From Cyanophora paradoxa CCMP329 (taxonomy: Eukaryota; Plantae; Glaucophyta): 64,000 nt of DNA. This document shows positions 61,401 to 64,000 of this stretch, piece after piece; the stretch's first letter is position 1, and every line of letters starts with the position of its first letter. The position numbers and the translations under genes were made by a program. The stretch covers positions 62,001-126,000 of the forward strand of contig QPMI01000219.1 of NCBI GenBank assembly GCA_004431415.1, given 5' to 3'. A model generated the notes under the pieces. The model did not search any database, was not told the DNA's origin, and saw nothing but the letters and a program-made list of their open reading frames with translations.

Positions 61401-64000
61401 TCTGGGGGAATATGCACAAGGCTCTAGCCTTAGAAAGATGACCCACCCACCAGCAAGTCACTCAGTCGAAGGCCCCAAGATAAGGATCTGTGACAAAATA
61501 GAAGCAAGATGCACCCCAAATCACTCTGGGGGAATATGCACAAGGCGAAAGCCTTAGGAAGATTACCAACCCACCAGCAAGTCACTCAGTTGAAGGCAGC
61601 AGGTTTCCAATCTGCAACAACATAGAAGACAGATGCACCCCAAATCTCTCTGGGGGGATTTAAACAAGGCGCTAGCCTTAGGCAGATGAACCCACCAACC
61701 ACCAAGTCACTCAGTCGAAGGCCCCAGGATTAGGATTTGCCACAAAAAAGAAGCAAGATGCACCCCAAATCTCTCTGGGGGAATATGAACAAGGCGCTAG
61801 CCTTAGGCAGATGACCCACCCACCAGCAAGTCACTCAGTCAAAGGCCCCAGGTTTTTCGATCCGCCACAAAATAGAAGAAGGATGCACCCCAAATCTCTC
61901 TGGGGGAATATGCCCAAGGCGTTTGCGTTACGAATATGAACCCACCGACCAGCAAGTCACTTAGTCAAAGGAAGCAGGTTTCCAATCTGCCACAAAATAG
62001 AAGAAAGATGCACCCCAAATCACTCTGGGGGAATATGCACAAGGCGCTGACCTAAGGGAGATGAAACCACCCACCAGCAAGTCACTCAGTTGAAGGCAGC
62101 AGGTTTCCGATCTGCAACAACATAGAAGACAGATGCACCCCAAATCTCTCTGGGGGGATTTAAACAAGGCGCTAGCCTTAGGCAGATGAAGCCACCAACC
62201 ACCAAGTCACTCAGTCGAAGGCCCCATGTTTCTGATCCGCCACAAAATAGAAGACAGATGCACCCTAAATCTCTCCGAGGGAATATCCACAAGGTGCTAG
62301 CCTTAGGCAGATGAACCCACCCACCAGCAAGTCACTCAGTCGAAGGCCCCAGGATAAGGATCTGTGACAAAACTGAAGCAAGATGCACCCCAAATCTCTC
62401 TGGGGGAATATGAACAAGGCGAAAGCCTTAGGCAGATGACCCACCCACCAGCAAGTCACTCAGTCAAAGGCCCCAGGTTTTTCGATCCGCCACAAAATAG
62501 AAGAAGGATGCACCCCAAATCTCTCTGGGGGAATATGCCCAATGCTTTTGCGTTACGAAGATGAACCCACCGACCAGCAAGTCACTCAGTCAAAGGAAGC
62601 AGGTTTCCAATATGCCACAAAATAGAAGAAAGATGCACCCCAAATCACTCTGGGGGAATATGCACAAGGTGCTGACCTAAGGGAGATGAAACCACCAACC
62701 ACCAAGTCACTCAGTCGAAAGCCCCAGGTTTCCGATCCGCCACAAAATAGAAGACAGATGCACCCTAAAACTCTCTGGGGGAATATGCACAAGGTGCTAG
62801 CCTTAGGCAGATGAACCCACCCACCGGAAAGTCACTCAGTCCAAGGCCCCAGGATAAGGATCTGTGACAAAATAGAAGCAAGATGCACCCCAAATCATTC
62901 TGGGGGAATATGCACAAGGCGCAAGCCTTAGAAAGATTACCAACCCACCAGCAAGTCACACATTTGAAGGCAGCAGGTTTCCAATCTGCAACAAAATAGA
63001 AGACAGATGCACCTCAAATCTCTCTGGGGGGATTAAAAAAAAACAAGGCGCTAGCCTTAGGCAGATGAACCCACCAACCAGCAAGTCACTCAGTCGAAGG
63101 CCCCAGGATTAGGAACTGCCACAAAAAAAAAGAAGCAAGATGCAACCCAAATCACTCTCGGGGAATATGTACAAGGCGCTAGCCTTAGGCAGATGAACCC
63201 ACCAACCAGCAAGTCACTCAGTCGAAGGCCCCAGGATAAGGAACTCCCACAAAAAAGAAGAAGGATGCACCCCAAATCTCTATGGGGGAATATGAACAAG
63301 GCGCTAGCCTAAGGCAGATGAACCCACCCACCAGCAAGTCACTCAGTCGAAGGCCCCAGGTTTTTCGATCCGCCACAAAATAGAAGAAGGATGCACCCCA
63401 AATCTCTCTGGGGGAATATGCCCAATGCTTTTGCGTTACGAAGATGAACCCACCGACCAGCAAGTCACTCAGTCAAAGGAAGCAGGTTTCCAATCTGCCA
63501 CAAAATAGAAGAAAGATGCACCCCAAATCACTCTGGGGGAATATGCACAAGGTGCTAGCCTTAGGCAGATGAACCCACCCACCAGAAAGTCACTCAGTCC
63601 AAGGCCCCATGATAAGGATCTGTGACAAAATAGAAGCAAGATGCAACCCAAATCATTCTGGGGGAATATGCAAAAGGCGCAAGCCTTAGGCAGATGAACC
63701 CACCCACCAGCAAGTCACACATTTGAAGGCAGCAGGTTTCCAATCTGCAACAAAATAGAAGAAAGATGCACCCCAAATCTCTCTGGGGGGATTAAAAAAC
63801 AAACAAGGCGCTAGCCTTAGGCAGATGAATCCACCAACCAGCAAGTCACTCAGTCGAAGGCCCCAGGTTTCTGATCCGCCACAACATAGAAGAACAATGC
63901 CCCCCAAATCTCTCCGGGGGAAGATACACAAGGCGCTAGCCTTAGGCAGATGAACCCACCCACCAGCAAGTCACTCAGTCAAAGGCCCCAGGATAAGGAA

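Larger units (their letters stand above)
49729..64000. repeat. Satellite I, 125-bp monomer; mixed orientation to ~58760, then + orientation with 625-bp (5-mer) higher-order repeats
   Basis: Consensus cagatgaacccacccaccagcaagtcactcagtcaaaggccccaggtttccgatccgccacaaaatagaagaaagatgcaccccaaatctctctgggggaatatgcacaaggcgctagccttagg. ORFs recur at 59714, 60339 and 60964. Same family as the satellite in the 967-bp unit. Confidence 0.96.

Noticed and set aside
49729-64000. CRISPR-like array (repeats with occasional unique inserts)
   Set aside because: Repeats are 125-bp head-to-tail degenerate monomers without regular unique spacers, there are no cas genes, and the context is eukaryotic.

Overview
Eukaryotic, repeat-dominated window. 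Host genes have short (~50-60 nt) GT-AG introns; I see no bacterial features, rRNA or CRISPR. Layout from left to right: (1) two spliced type-II membrane/glycosyltransferase-type genes (1-3.1 kb). (2) A head-to-head pair of intronless, decayed minor-capsid (penton)-like genes of probable Bamfordvirae (NCLDV/Polinton-like) origin (3.3-5.0 kb). (3) A 967-bp composite tandem repeat in which 371 bp of one penton-like gene is fused to a 125-bp satellite (7 extra copies). This array is interrupted by an 8.4-kb APE-RT-RNaseH-CCHC non-LTR retrotransposon and a 540-bp insertion, both with clear target-site duplications (TSDs). (4) A related ~205-225-bp satellite. (5) A ~14.5-kb imperfect palindrome (arms ~4.3 and ~3.8 kb) around a 348-bp satellite. 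(6) Two divergent GC-rich spliced pseudogenes, one F-box-like with a 4x 1.03-kb internal amplification and a tRNA-derived SINE insertion. (7) About 14 kb of 125-bp satellite with orientation switches, enclosing unique fragments, an intronless glycosyltransferase and scrambled Ty3/Gypsy pieces. The most notable observation is that the LINE and the SINE end in the same GAGCAAA+poly(T) terminus, an apparent U-tailed rather than A-tailed retrotransposon pair. The LINE ORF also has an unusual N-terminus with several hydrophobic segments. All family assignments come from motif recognition by eye, not database searches.
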